A stretch of 58,229 nucleotides of DNA from a virus. Lineage: Duplodnaviria; Caudoviricetes. The position numbers were made by a program, and so were the translations under genes. The notes beneath the pieces were generated by a model. It saw only the letters and a list, made by a program, of their open reading frames with translations, had not been told where the DNA came from and did no database searches. Below are positions 33,235-42,800 of this stretch, piece by piece (position 1 is the first letter of the stretch; every line of letters starts with the position of its first letter). Location: positions 1-58,229 of IMG/VR virus record IMGVR_UViG_3300043434_000302, one strand, 5' to 3'.

Positions 33235-35063
33235 ATAAATTCCTCTTCCATTTCAACTGGCACTGGTGGCTGTGAAAATTGCACATACTTTCGCGGCTGC
33301 TCCCCGCGCTTTCCAATGAACTGCATTGCCTTTCCGCCCCAGTAGGTTCCGACATAGCCTTCCCACTCACCATTGCGCTGCTTACTGCAGGTAAGGCGTG
33401 AGTCTGGTACTGCCAAAAGTTCAGGAGGGACTGGCTCATATTCTGAGAGCTCCGATATCTCGCGTTCCTTCTTCTTGTTGCGCCAGATCGTGAGGACGGT
33501 GTCCGCCAAGTCGGTAATAGAGCCCGAGCCCTTCACATCCATCTTGCCTGTTGGGGTTTCCTCGTTCTCGCCCTTGCGCGAGTGCGTGACTAAGAACACT
33601 GTGGTTCCAGTCGTGTTTTTGAAGTCGCATAGTTCCTCCATGAACCTCTTCTGAGCACTATAGTCGTCGTCGTCGATACCACATTTGGACATGTTGTCTA
33701 TGAAGAAAACATCAATGCCGTATTTTTTCCGTGCATAACGGAAGACCTCGAGCATCTTCGTTGTCTTCGCTGTGCCGACAAGATCGAACAGCCAAAGCTT
33801 CTGCGCATACCAGTCGATGCATGCGTTGGCATACGCCAGCGTAGGATCTCCCGTCGCTATACCCGCAGCTTGTCTGGTCAGACGTGTAAGCAAACGACGT
33901 GCTGGCATTTCCATCGAGGCGATGCACACGCGCTTGCTCTGGAGCATTGCGTCCAGCGCGAACTGACCAGCGAGCTGTGACTTGCCGTGTCCGTTAACAC
34001 CATTGAGGATCACAAGCTCCGCATCGCGGAACCGAAGGTTGCCTTCAAGATCTTCGATCAACGGCTGGAAGCCACGGCTGTCTTGGTCGTTGTTGTACAG
34101 CTCGCGAAGGATGTCCTCGCGATACTCCGTTGCGCAGCGCAGCTCCTGCGGATCGTAGCCAGCAGCCAGATCGCGGATCGCTTTGATCTCCACACCAGCC
34201 AACAGGCAGTCGTTCATATCCTTATGCGGCAGTGATGCGCGGATGCAGCGGTGAATGCCAAGTCGGTCGGCAATCTCTCTAGCAGCGAGCTCGCCCTCTT
34301 CGTCCATGTCCAGAGCCAGCACGATGGTTTCGAATCGCTCGAGGTTGTCGTACTCGTTCTCGATCCATTGCTGCTTCGCGCCCTTGCCTCCGCCGAATGG
34401 AACAGACAGCGCCGACACACCCATCTGGTACGCAGCCATCGCGTCGAACTCACCTTCAGTGATCCATATCTCACGAGCATTTGGATCAACCGCTTGCCAG
34501 CCGAAGAGGCATGGCATCTGACCTGCGGATGTCGGCCCCTGCTTTTTCTTGTCGTTCATGTCGCGGAACTTAATCATCCGCGCTTCGCCAAGTGGATCGA
34601 TGAAGGGAAACAGGATGCGGTCACCGTCAACAGCGATCCGAAACGCCTTCAGCGTGTTAGAAGTTAGGCCACGTTTTTCTAACAGGGAGGTCTCTATTGG
34701 AGTCGCCTCGACCTTGCGTGTCCGCTCTGGTCTGACCGGCGATTGGTACTCCTTCTGCGTCGTGACGAACGACGGTCGCTCCACACCCAGCCACGAGCGA
34801 ACCTCATCCATCGCCTCGATCAGACTTAGGCTATGCACCGCACGCCAAAGGTCGATCAAGTCGCCGCCACTCTCACCTGTTGAGAAGTCGCTCCATACAC
34901 CAGCCTTCGGACCAGTCATGTGGATGCGCAGTGACTGCCCCTTCTCACCACCAAGCCCACCGACGCAGTACTCAGATCCATTAACGATTCCCGCTGGCAG
35001 CAAGTGCCGTAGCGCTGGAAGCATGTTGCCGTTAAGGCGCTCCGATAATTCCCGTAAATCCAT
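33231..35063 (-). CDS. DNA primase-helicase (TOPRIM + SF4 helicase, T7 gp4/Twinkle-like)
   Basis: ITEGEFDAM, LALDMDEEG, Walker A GVNGHGKS, SMEM, FFIDN, LVTHSRK, KGSGSI and KQRNG. Confidence 0.92.
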   Translation of the reverse strand: MDLRELSERLNGNMLPALRHLLPAGIVNGSEYCVGGLGGEKGQSLRIHMTGPKAGVWSDFSTGESGGDLIDLWRAVHSLSLIEAMDEVRSWLGVERPSFVTTQKEYQSPVRPERTRKVEATPIETSLLEKRGLTSNTLKAFRIAVDGDRILFPFIDPLGEARMIKFRDMNDKKKQGPTSAGQMPCLFGWQAVDPNAREIWITEGEFDAMAAYQMGVSALSVPFGGGKGAKQQWIENEYDNLERFETIVLALDMDEEGELAAREIADRLGIHRCIRASLPHKDMNDCLLAGVEIKAIRDLAAGYDPQELRCATEYREDILRELYNNDQDSRGFQPLIEDLEGNLRFRDAELVILNGVNGHGKSQLAGQFALDAMLQSKRVCIASMEMPARRLLTRLTRQAAGIATGDPTLAYANACIDWYAQKLWLFDLVGTAKTTKMLEVFRYARKKYGIDVFFIDNMSKCGIDDDDYSAQKRFMEELCDFKNTTGTTVFLVTHSRKGENEETPTGKMDVKGSGSITDLADTVLTIWRNKKKEREISELSEYEPVPPELLAVPDSRLTCSKQRNGEWEGYVGTYWGGKAMQFIGKRGEQPRKYVQFSQPPVPVEMEEEFI

Positions 35064-35064
35064 T

Positions 35065-35940
35065 TCAGTAGCTCCGTTCGCTCTTACCGTTTACTGCTTG
35101 CTCTAGCGCTTCGATATCCGCCTTCATCACCTTCAGTGAATCCCAAAGATCTTGATTGTCTTTCTCCAGCTTGCACCTATCGAGCAACATCTCCTTCTTA
35201 TAGCGAAGGTCACTAAGTTTCTCGCGTGCTTGCTTAAAGGATAGTCCCGCCATTGGACTGACTACAGCATTAGCCTTACCCTTCGGCACGAACATGCCTG
35301 TCCATCCGCCATTGATGTTGTGGTCAATGATCTGGCGAACGGACCACCCTGCATCCACGCCTTCACGTAGGACATTGATTGCCAGCTTCCTCGCCTGATC
35401 GGTAAGCGGTTTTTTGATTTGCTTGCGCTGCTCTTCCCAATCCGACCATGCATCTGCATCAATCCAATCTGGGATAGAGAAGGCGTCAGCCTTCTTACTA
35501 TTCCCTTTATTCTCTTCCTTATCTTTATTCCCTTTATTGTTCTGTGTCGCGGTGGTGTCGCGGTCCTGTCGCGCTGCTGTCGCGGTCCTGTCGCTCTGCC
35601 CTTTAGGATCGAGCTGGAAAGCATTGTAATTGTTGATAGAAATGATGGTGACACCTGTCGCGCTATCGACTGACACCATGTCGCGGTCAACGAGACGTGT
35701 GAGAAAGCGATTTGCCCAATCTTTGCTGCGTTCTAGGTGCGTCGCCATGTCCCGTACCGACATTGCAAGCTGTCCACGCTGCAGTTTTATGGGGCGATCT
35801 TTGTAGCGCACATCCACTTCTCTCCACGATGCTCGCAGCACCATCCACGCAAAGGCCATAGCCTCCGCATCAGTGCGAAAGATCGAGTGATCCAATAGAC
35901 GGCGGTAAATTAGGACGTACCCGCCCAACTCATGTGACAT
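35065..35940 (-). CDS. replication initiation protein (lambda O-like layout)
   Basis: GYVLIYR.L N-terminus, LQRGQ, TIISINNY..FQ, IPDWI...AW.DW...R...KKP; internal iterons. Confidence 0.8.
   Translation of the reverse strand: MSHELGGYVLIYRRLLDHSIFRTDAEAMAFAWMVLRASWREVDVRYKDRPIKLQRGQLAMSVRDMATHLERSKDWANRFLTRLVDRDMVSVDSATGVTIISINNYNAFQLDPKGQSDRTATAARQDRDTTATQNNKGNKDKEENKGNSKKADAFSIPDWIDADAWSDWEEQRKQIKKPLTDQARKLAINVLREGVDAGWSVRQIIDHNINGGWTGMFVPKGKANAVVSPMAGLSFKQAREKLSDLRYKKEMLLDRCKLEKDNQDLWDSLKVMKADIEALEQAVNGKSERSY
35491..35595. promoter_or_regulatory. putative replication origin (iterons + AT-rich tract)
   Basis: TGTCGC(G/T) at 35545, 35556, 35567, 35578 and 35589 (11-bp period), next to a strand-asymmetric AT-rich tract. 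Confidence 0.7.
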
Positions 35941-36300
35941 TCAAAACCTCCAATCTCTGCGGTCCTTCACCGCTCTTGTTCGTTCGCTTAAAAATGTGAC
36001 GGCAGGGCTAATGCGAAATTTGGAGGTTTCGCACAAGCGAACATTAGCCGGTTCCCGTCGCGATACGGTAGCCGTCACAAGCTGTACATATTTCCGCTTT
36101 TCTTTTTGCGCAAGGGAAAATGTGTTGTCGTCCTATATCTGCTGTGGAGATTTTTTCTACGCAGCTTTATATGCGCCGCGCACAGATGACACATGGCTAA
36201 TCTTTTTCCACATGTTTCGAAACACAGGAATTGACGCAGCGAAATTAGTCTCTATGTTGTGCATCGACACGGCAGTACGTGTTCGCAGAAAGGAATGTAT

Positions 36301-36942
36301 ATGGAGACTGTTTCGAATCCCAAGACGAAGAGCGTCTGGGAAACTCTTTCAGCCATAAACGTCAACGACCACATCGAGAAGAAGAGTGGCTTCTCATATC
36401 TGTCTTGGTCGTGGGCGTGGGCAACATTGATGGATCACTATCCCGACGCTGAATTCTATTTTGAGAATCAGACGGGAGAGCACGGCCTTCTAAACAACGA
36501 TGGCGTCATCCGCTATCCGGATGGAACCGCAGAAGTTCGTTGCGTGTTGACTGTCGACGCCACCACACACACGATGTGGTTGCCGGTGATGGACTACAAG
36601 AACCAAGCCATCAAGAATCCAAACGCACGCGACATCAATGACGCAAAGATGCGTTGCCTCGTGAAGTCAATGTCTCTGTTTGGCCTTGGCCTATACATCT
36701 ACGCTGGTGAAGATTTGCCAGACGCAAACAAGCAGAAGCCTGCTCCTGCAGCAGACCCCGTAGTTGGCCTCGCTGATGAAAAGTCTCAGCTACTTAAGGC
36801 TGTGACTGATGCAGCAACGCTCGATGATCTGAAGGCCGCTTTCACCAAGGCAAGCAAGTACGCACGCAATCGCAATGATGACGTGCTCTTGGCCGAAATC
36901 ACGAAGACCAAGGACGCACGCAAAGCCGCGCTCTCCAAGTAA
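36301..36942 (+). CDS. Sak/DUF1071 single-strand annealing protein
   Basis: EKK....YLSW.WAW...LPVMDYKN......DIN...MRCLVK....GLGLYIYAGEDLP. Confidence 0.88.
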   Translation: METVSNPKTKSVWETLSAINVNDHIEKKSGFSYLSWSWAWATLMDHYPDAEFYFENQTGEHGLLNNDGVIRYPDGTAEVRCVLTVDATTHTMWLPVMDYKNQAIKNPNARDINDAKMRCLVKSMSLFGLGLYIYAGEDLPDANKQKPAPAADPVVGLADEKSQLLKAVTDAATLDDLKAAFTKASKYARNRNDDVLLAEITKTKDARKAALSK

Positions 36943-36953
36943 GGATCTATCGA

Positions 36954-37856
36954 ATGGAACAGAGAAGTGACGAATGGTTTAAGGCGCGTGTAGGCGTCAT
37001 CACCGGAAGCCGTGTTGGCGGAATCCTTGGTGTTAACCCATTCCAGAAGACTGACGATGTGATGCGTGACATGGTTCGTGAGCACTTCGGAGCCGCTCGT
37101 GAATTCACTGGCAACGCCGCCACCAATCACGGTGAGCGCATGGAGCCTGTGGCATTAGCGTTCTACGAGTCCGTGGCTGGCGTCACAGTTACCCAGACTG
37201 GCATCGTTATGCACGATGACTACGGCTGGCTTGGTGCATCACCTGATGGGCTGATCGGTTTTGACGGTGGCTTGGAGATCAAGTGTCCGTTCTGGGCGAA
37301 GCAACCGTATTCGGTGCATGATAAACCAAGTTACTACGCACAGTGCCAACACGTCATGGAGGTGTGTGATCTCAAGTGGATGGATTTCTTCTGCTACATA
37401 CGGGAGGACTTATATCTTCTCGAGCGGCTGGAGCGTCACCCCACTTGGTTCGCCAACAACCTTCCAAAGCTTGAAGCGTTTCGCAAAAAGTACCTCGAAA
37501 TAATCGGGGACGAAACCAAAGCTAAGGCATACCTAGATACGGAGGTCGCTGTCGTATCAAACGTGCGCACTGAGTTGATGTCGGATCTCTTTCTTGAGAT
37601 CAAGGCGAAAGAGGCAGAGATTGCTCCGTTAAAGGATGCATACGAAGCTCTCAAAAAAAAACTGGGCTCTGAGTTCGGTTCTTTCCAGACGGGCCGCATT
37701 ACGGTTCAGAAGGTTGAGAAGAAGGGTGCGGTAGACCATGCCGCTGTTTACAAAACCGTAGACGTTGACGGTCTCTTAGCCGCAAAAGGCAAGTCCATCG
37801 AGGACTTTAGAAAAGAGAACGTCACCAGCTACAACGTGAAAATCATAGAGGACTGA
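36954..37856 (+). CDS. YqaJ/lambda-exonuclease family protein
   Basis: QRSDEWF.AR.G.ITGS, LGASPDG, LEIKCP and YYAQ.Q. Confidence 0.9.
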   Translation: MEQRSDEWFKARVGVITGSRVGGILGVNPFQKTDDVMRDMVREHFGAAREFTGNAATNHGERMEPVALAFYESVAGVTVTQTGIVMHDDYGWLGASPDGLIGFDGGLEIKCPFWAKQPYSVHDKPSYYAQCQHVMEVCDLKWMDFFCYIREDLYLLERLERHPTWFANNLPKLEAFRKKYLEIIGDETKAKAYLDTEVAVVSNVRTELMSDLFLEIKAKEAEIAPLKDAYEALKKKLGSEFGSFQTGRITVQKVEKKGAVDHAAVYKTVDVDGLLAAKGKSIEDFRKENVTSYNVKIIED

Positions 37857-37857
37857 T

Positions 37858-38040
37858 ATGGGACGGCCTAGAAAAGATAACCAGAACCGTCTGGTTCAAA
37901 CAACGATTGACGACGTGATGTATCGCGCACTGTGCGAGATGTCGATTAAGGAAGACAGGCCTATCGCTGGCGTCGTGCGGCAGGCAATCAATCTCTACCT
38001 TGCGCACATTGATCGTATGCGCAAAGTTGAACTATCATAA
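37858..38040 (+). CDS. ribbon-helix-helix DNA-binding protein with GRPRK N-terminus
   Basis: Alternating beta strand (LVQTTID) followed by two helices (VVRQAINLYL). Confidence 0.65.
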   Translation: MGRPRKDNQNRLVQTTIDDVMYRALCEMSIKEDRPIAGVVRQAINLYLAHIDRMRKVELS

Positions 38041-38052
38041 GAAAGGCACAGG

Positions 38053-38355
38053 ATGGCTTACGAACAAAAACCAAATACATTTTCTCTTTTCCGCGACAGC
38101 GAGGAACGGATTGAGGAGCGCAAGAAGTTCTATCGCGAGAAGGATTGGGACCCTGAAGGCGTTCCTATCTACAGCGGCAGGATGCTGCTCGAGAACGGCG
38201 AAGAGCTGAACATCGAAGCTCGCGTTATCGATGGAGCAAAGGGCAAGTTCTTTGCTGGTCGCGTGTGGAAGAAGAAGTTGGTTGACGGACCAGCACAGGC
38301 GCAGCGTCAGGCTCCGCCAGCACAAGACGATCTGGACGACGACGTACCGTTTTAA
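38053..38355 (+). CDS. SSB-like protein
   Basis: P.YSG...GKFFAG core and acidic tail DDLDDDVPF; recombination context. Confidence 0.7.
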   Translation: MAYEQKPNTFSLFRDSEERIEERKKFYREKDWDPEGVPIYSGRMLLENGEELNIEARVIDGAKGKFFAGRVWKKKLVDGPAQAQRQAPPAQDDLDDDVPF

Positions 38356-38370
38356 TGACAAATAAATACG

Positions 38371-38398
38371 GAAGGGGTGGCTTTGGTCACCCCTTCTT
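38371..38398 (+). terminator. hairpin, possible weak terminator
   Basis: GAAGGGGTGGC-TTTG-GTCACCCCTTC-TT. Confidence 0.45.
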
Positions 38399-38454
38399 AG
38401 GTAAATGGAACGACACTGCTAAGTGGTTCCTTAAATATTGGGGTTCTTTAACTG

Positions 38455-38802
38455 ATGTTGGTAATTGTTAGAAATGAAGGATCTCTTGTTTATGGAGGCA
38501 CGAGTCTTGATGAAGATCTTGAACACACCTTTGATCACGCTATCTGTGTTCAGAAGGTAGGTCAGGATATTGGCGGCGAGTTTGCTGAGATCTCTGTTAA
38601 GCGCAGTGATGGCTCAGAGGAGCTGTTCCAACTTGATCATAGGAATAAGGAGCACACCATCGACGGCGTTGTCGTGGTTGCCCTCATTGGCTTTATCAAG
38701 TGGAAGACAGATGACCAGCGCCTGCCAGCGGTAAGGCTTGGTTTTGATGCTCCTCGAAGCTACAGACTGGTTCGAGATAACGCGATCAAGCGTACTGAAT
38801 AA
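38455..38802 (+). CDS. CsrA/RsmA-like protein (elongated)
   Basis: N-terminus MLVIVR..G and C-terminus VRLGFDAPRSYRLVR resemble CsrA MLILTR..G / VRIG..AP....HR. Confidence 0.6.
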   Translation: MLVIVRNEGSLVYGGTSLDEDLEHTFDHAICVQKVGQDIGGEFAEISVKRSDGSEELFQLDHRNKEHTIDGVVVVALIGFIKWKTDDQRLPAVRLGFDAPRSYRLVRDNAIKRTE

Positions 38803-38818
38803 GTTAAATTGAAAGGTT

Positions 38819-39709
38819 GTGGTCGATATGGATATGATGACGACTGTTAGTGCCTCCAACCACTCACCGACTGGAGGGTTTGTGGAAGGCAAGACTTGGA
38901 ACGAAGCCGCAAGGCGGTGGCTGGACGGACGGACCACTAAGTGGACCAAGCAGGAGCAACACTATATAGAGGTGCTCTCGCAATACTTAGGTGGCCTGCC
39001 TCTTGGCCGCATTACAAAGGGCGTGTTGGCGGATCTTCGCGACGACATGCTCAAGACCCGCGCTGCGTCTACCGTCAACCGTTACTTGACAGTGCTGCGG
39101 TCAGTGCTGAATATGGCGCGGGACGAGTGGGAATGGATCGACACCGTACCCAAGATCAAGAGGATGGAAGAAGCCTCAAGGGTCAGGTACATCGATAAGG
39201 ATGAAGCTCGCCGCCTGATCAGGGAGCTGCCGTCACATTTGAAGGACAAGGTTATCTTCGCCCTCACCACTGGACTTCGAGACGCCAACGTCCGCGAGCT
39301 TCGCTGGGAAGAGGTCGACCTTCAGAACAGGATGGTGACAATCGATGGGGTTCGGATGAAGAACGGGAAGCCGCTTTCTATTCCTCTGAACGATACCGCA
39401 TACGACGTAGTCTGGAAAAGGTTCAGGGCGAAGGACAGGAACACTGAGTGGGTGTTTGCGTATGGCGGCAAGCCAGTACAGCGCAGCAACACGAAGGCTT
39501 TCAGGAATGCTCTAAAGAGAGCTGGGATCGAGAACTTCAGATGGCACGACCTGCGGCATACGTGGGCCTCATGGCATATCCAGAAGGGTACTCACACCGC
39601 TGCCGTTCGTGAGATGGGTGGCTGGTCTGATGACCGGATGGTTCAACGCTATGCGCATTTGTCGACAAAGCACCTGCGTCAAGCTGCGGATAACGTAGGT
39701 TCTCTATAA
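38819..39709 (+). CDS. int: tyrosine recombinase/integrase
   Basis: TGLR, KNG, HDLRHTWASW, GGW and RYAHL catalytic set; STVNRY motif. Confidence 0.93.
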   Translation: MVDMDMMTTVSASNHSPTGGFVEGKTWNEAARRWLDGRTTKWTKQEQHYIEVLSQYLGGLPLGRITKGVLADLRDDMLKTRAASTVNRYLTVLRSVLNMARDEWEWIDTVPKIKRMEEASRVRYIDKDEARRLIRELPSHLKDKVIFALTTGLRDANVRELRWEEVDLQNRMVTIDGVRMKNGKPLSIPLNDTAYDVVWKRFRAKDRNTEWVFAYGGKPVQRSNTKAFRNALKRAGIENFRWHDLRHTWASWHIQKGTHTAAVREMGGWSDDRMVQRYAHLSTKHLRQAADNVGSL

Positions 39710-39800
39710 GAAAACCTCTTGTAGCTTCAATGCTTACGCGATAAACCTAACGGGACTGTGATGCGCTTTGGAAGTCAGTGTATCACAGTCATTTTCTAGA

Positions 39801-39842
39801 ATAAAAAGCCCCCGATCCTTATGTGGTCAGGGGCTTTTTTAT
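39801..39842. terminator. bidirectional intrinsic terminator
   Basis: AAAAAGCCCC...GGGGCTTTTTT between convergent genes. Confidence 0.85.
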
Positions 39843-42800
39843 TAGCGCTTCTCCGCCTCTTCGATGAGGTCGTTGAACTCCGTCATGATGGCGGTGATCT
39901 CGTCGTCAAGCTTCTGCGTCTCTGACGGCTTAGCCCCTTCAAGGATCATCTTGCGACGCTCCCTGCGTAGGTCAGATACGTCACGGTAGTAAGACCCAAC
40001 GGAGTCGATAAGTTCTGCCTTCGGGTTCTCATCAAAGACCTCCGTGGTGTCCTGATCATTCTCTTCCCTAAGCTTGACCGTCTTCTTGAGCTCGTTGACG
40101 GCCTTGACGTTGTCGTAGAACTTGCCTCCTTCAGACGTCTTCCCACCGACTTCCCCATAGAAGCGCCTCACGAAGGCTATGTCGTTTGCTTCTATCTGCT
40201 CGCCACTGGATCCCTTCTCGAGAGTTGCTGTACTGCGGTACAGGAATTGCATGGGTGGCAGAACTTGCTCTACGAAGAACTTGATCTCTTCTGGGGTTGG
40301 TGACATGCCTCCAACCTCATACTCATCGCCGCCAGTGACATAGTTAATGACCTCCGCCGCCCTGCTGTACATGGCGTACATGACGGTGGTATCTCCCCGT
40401 GCGCGGCTCATGCCGGTGGTTGGGTTCAGGTCGTTGAAGTCCTTGTTGTAAATACGACGACCAAGACCATCTTCGTTCATCGCGTATTGGACGAACATAT
40501 CGAAGACTGATGGTGAGACAAACTCAATGAACCCAGCGCCGTAGGCAATTGGGTTGACGGAGTTAATCATGACCTTCGCTGAGCCACCAACAAACTGTCC
40601 GAATGAAAGCTGTCCTCTTGCTGCCTCAACCATGCGCCGACCAATGGCAGGGAACATGTTGTAGAAGTACGGCATTGGGATAGCGACATACTTGTCGGTG
40701 TCTGCGAACAGGCCAAGAGGGATAATGAAGGCGTGGTCCTTCACCCACTCTGGTATGTCGTCCTCGTCGTAACCAGCAGCGGCAAGTGCCAAGCCTTGAA
40801 TGACGCCCAGTCCAACGCCGCCAATCAAGATCTTCTTTCCAGCCTTACCCAGCATGGTCTTAATGTTGCGGTCAGTCGATGCGATAGAAGCGTTGGCAAA
40901 GCCGTACAGAGAATTGATCTCGCGTGTCCATTGGCCCTTCTGGTTGAAGTTCACCGTAATGTTCTTCGCGATCTCCGCCGCCTGCGCGTCTGTCATTCCC
41001 TTGTCGATAGCAATCTTAAAGGTGGCAAGACGTGTGGCATTTTCGAGCGCATCATTCCACGCCGTCACATAATCAACGACGACCTTTGGAGCACTCGTCT
41101 TTCCTGTAGACAACTGCTTGACTGCCTTCTGCAACTCCGCCTCCAGTTTTTCTGGATCGCGGTCGAAGTTCTTGAAAAACGACTCTCGAATAGCGGTGCG
41201 TCCACCGGCCTTCTCGAATCTATCGAACAGGTCAGCAACTTCCTGAGATCCAGCAGGCGTAGGCTCGCCACTATCAGTAGCGCGTATGACTCGCACCAGC
41301 TTCTTTGCATACAAAGGAGCCTTAGCCATGATCTTGAATTGCTCACCGTCCAGCGGCGTGCTGGTTAGGTTGACCATCACACCCCAGATGTCGCGTGTGA
41401 AGTTGACCGGTCCAAATTCTGGCATGTATTGAGTGCGCAACTGCGACCACATGCGCGTAATTCGTCCGACATTATTGATAAATGCTGCAGACGCGCCCTC
41501 GAGTGTTGGTAGATCCTCGTTCTTCAATACTGCAGCGATGTCTGTAGCCATCTTCTCGTCAGGATTAAAGACGATGAACTTGTCCGTTCCATCAACGCGA
41601 GTAGCAAAGACGTTTGGCTGGCGCTTGAAGGCGGTGTCGACGATGGTGTCTACGTTGCCAGTGCGTTTGTTGTACGCCCTCTTCGTTGGCGACTTGAAGA
41701 TGTCGTCAGCAAGATCAGGGTCCATGCCCATCGAAACCAACTGCTTGCGCACTTGATCAAGAGTGGCCGTCGACGGATCGATGACCATCCAGAAAGTCTG
41801 GTCCTTGTTTTCCAGCGCAGCCTGAAACACCGTATTGCCAAGACGGTTTGCCTCAGCGCGATTGATAGCCGCCTCCCGCTGCGTAACGATGTTGGCGATA
41901 ATGCTGCTGACCGGCTTGCTTGAGCCAACCGCTGCCTTCAAGGCTGATCCCTCTACGCTTGCGCCACGAGTGCCGAGTGCATGACCACCATCGACACCTT
42001 CGCGGAACAGAGGGACGTAGAACTTATAAGCATTGCGCAGGTTACGAACCGTCTCCGCTGACTCTATGCCAGAGTCCTGCAGTACTTGCAGCGTTCCGTT
42101 TGTTATAACGTCCAGCTTCTTGGCTACAGTCTCAAGGCGGTTACGCTTGGCGGGAGACAGTGCAGCTAAGTAAGCTTTGGCTGCGGCGTCGTTGATGCCA
42201 GAGCCACCATCTTTGAATGCGTCGTTGCGCTGGCGGATAATAGCGTTGCGCTCTACCGCATGCCGGTTGTGCATGTAGGTTTCTACTTCATTGATAGACA
42301 GCGCTTGTTTGCTGATCTCCTTCAGCACTGGCTGCAGTTCATTGAGGTGGAACTCTTGCGTTGTGTATGCAGCACGACTGCCCATCAACTGCTCAGCGCG
42401 GTCGATGTTTGTCTTATCGTTATAGAAGTCGTCGATGTTCTTTGTAAGCTGCTTAACAGAGCGCGTCCTGTTTACGAGTTTCTCGTACCAGTTAACAAGC
42501 CTTGGGAATCGCTCAGCCATTGGGTCCACGCCAAGAACAGCGGGGCCGGTCTTAAACTTAGGTGCGTTCGGACGGATGCTTGGCTTGGTTGCTTTGCCAC
42601 CAATGTTCAGATTGGCTGGACGGCGGACACCAGAGAAACGAATGCCTTCGCCGCTCATCATCTCACGAATACGGCCAGCGTTTGCATAGTTAAACGGCAC
42701 CGCTTCAGACAAGACGGTATTAGTGTCGCCGCTGTTGTACTGATCACTGCGACCTCCACGTTGCGGGGCAAGCGTGAAGTTGTTCAGATCCTCGAGCTGA

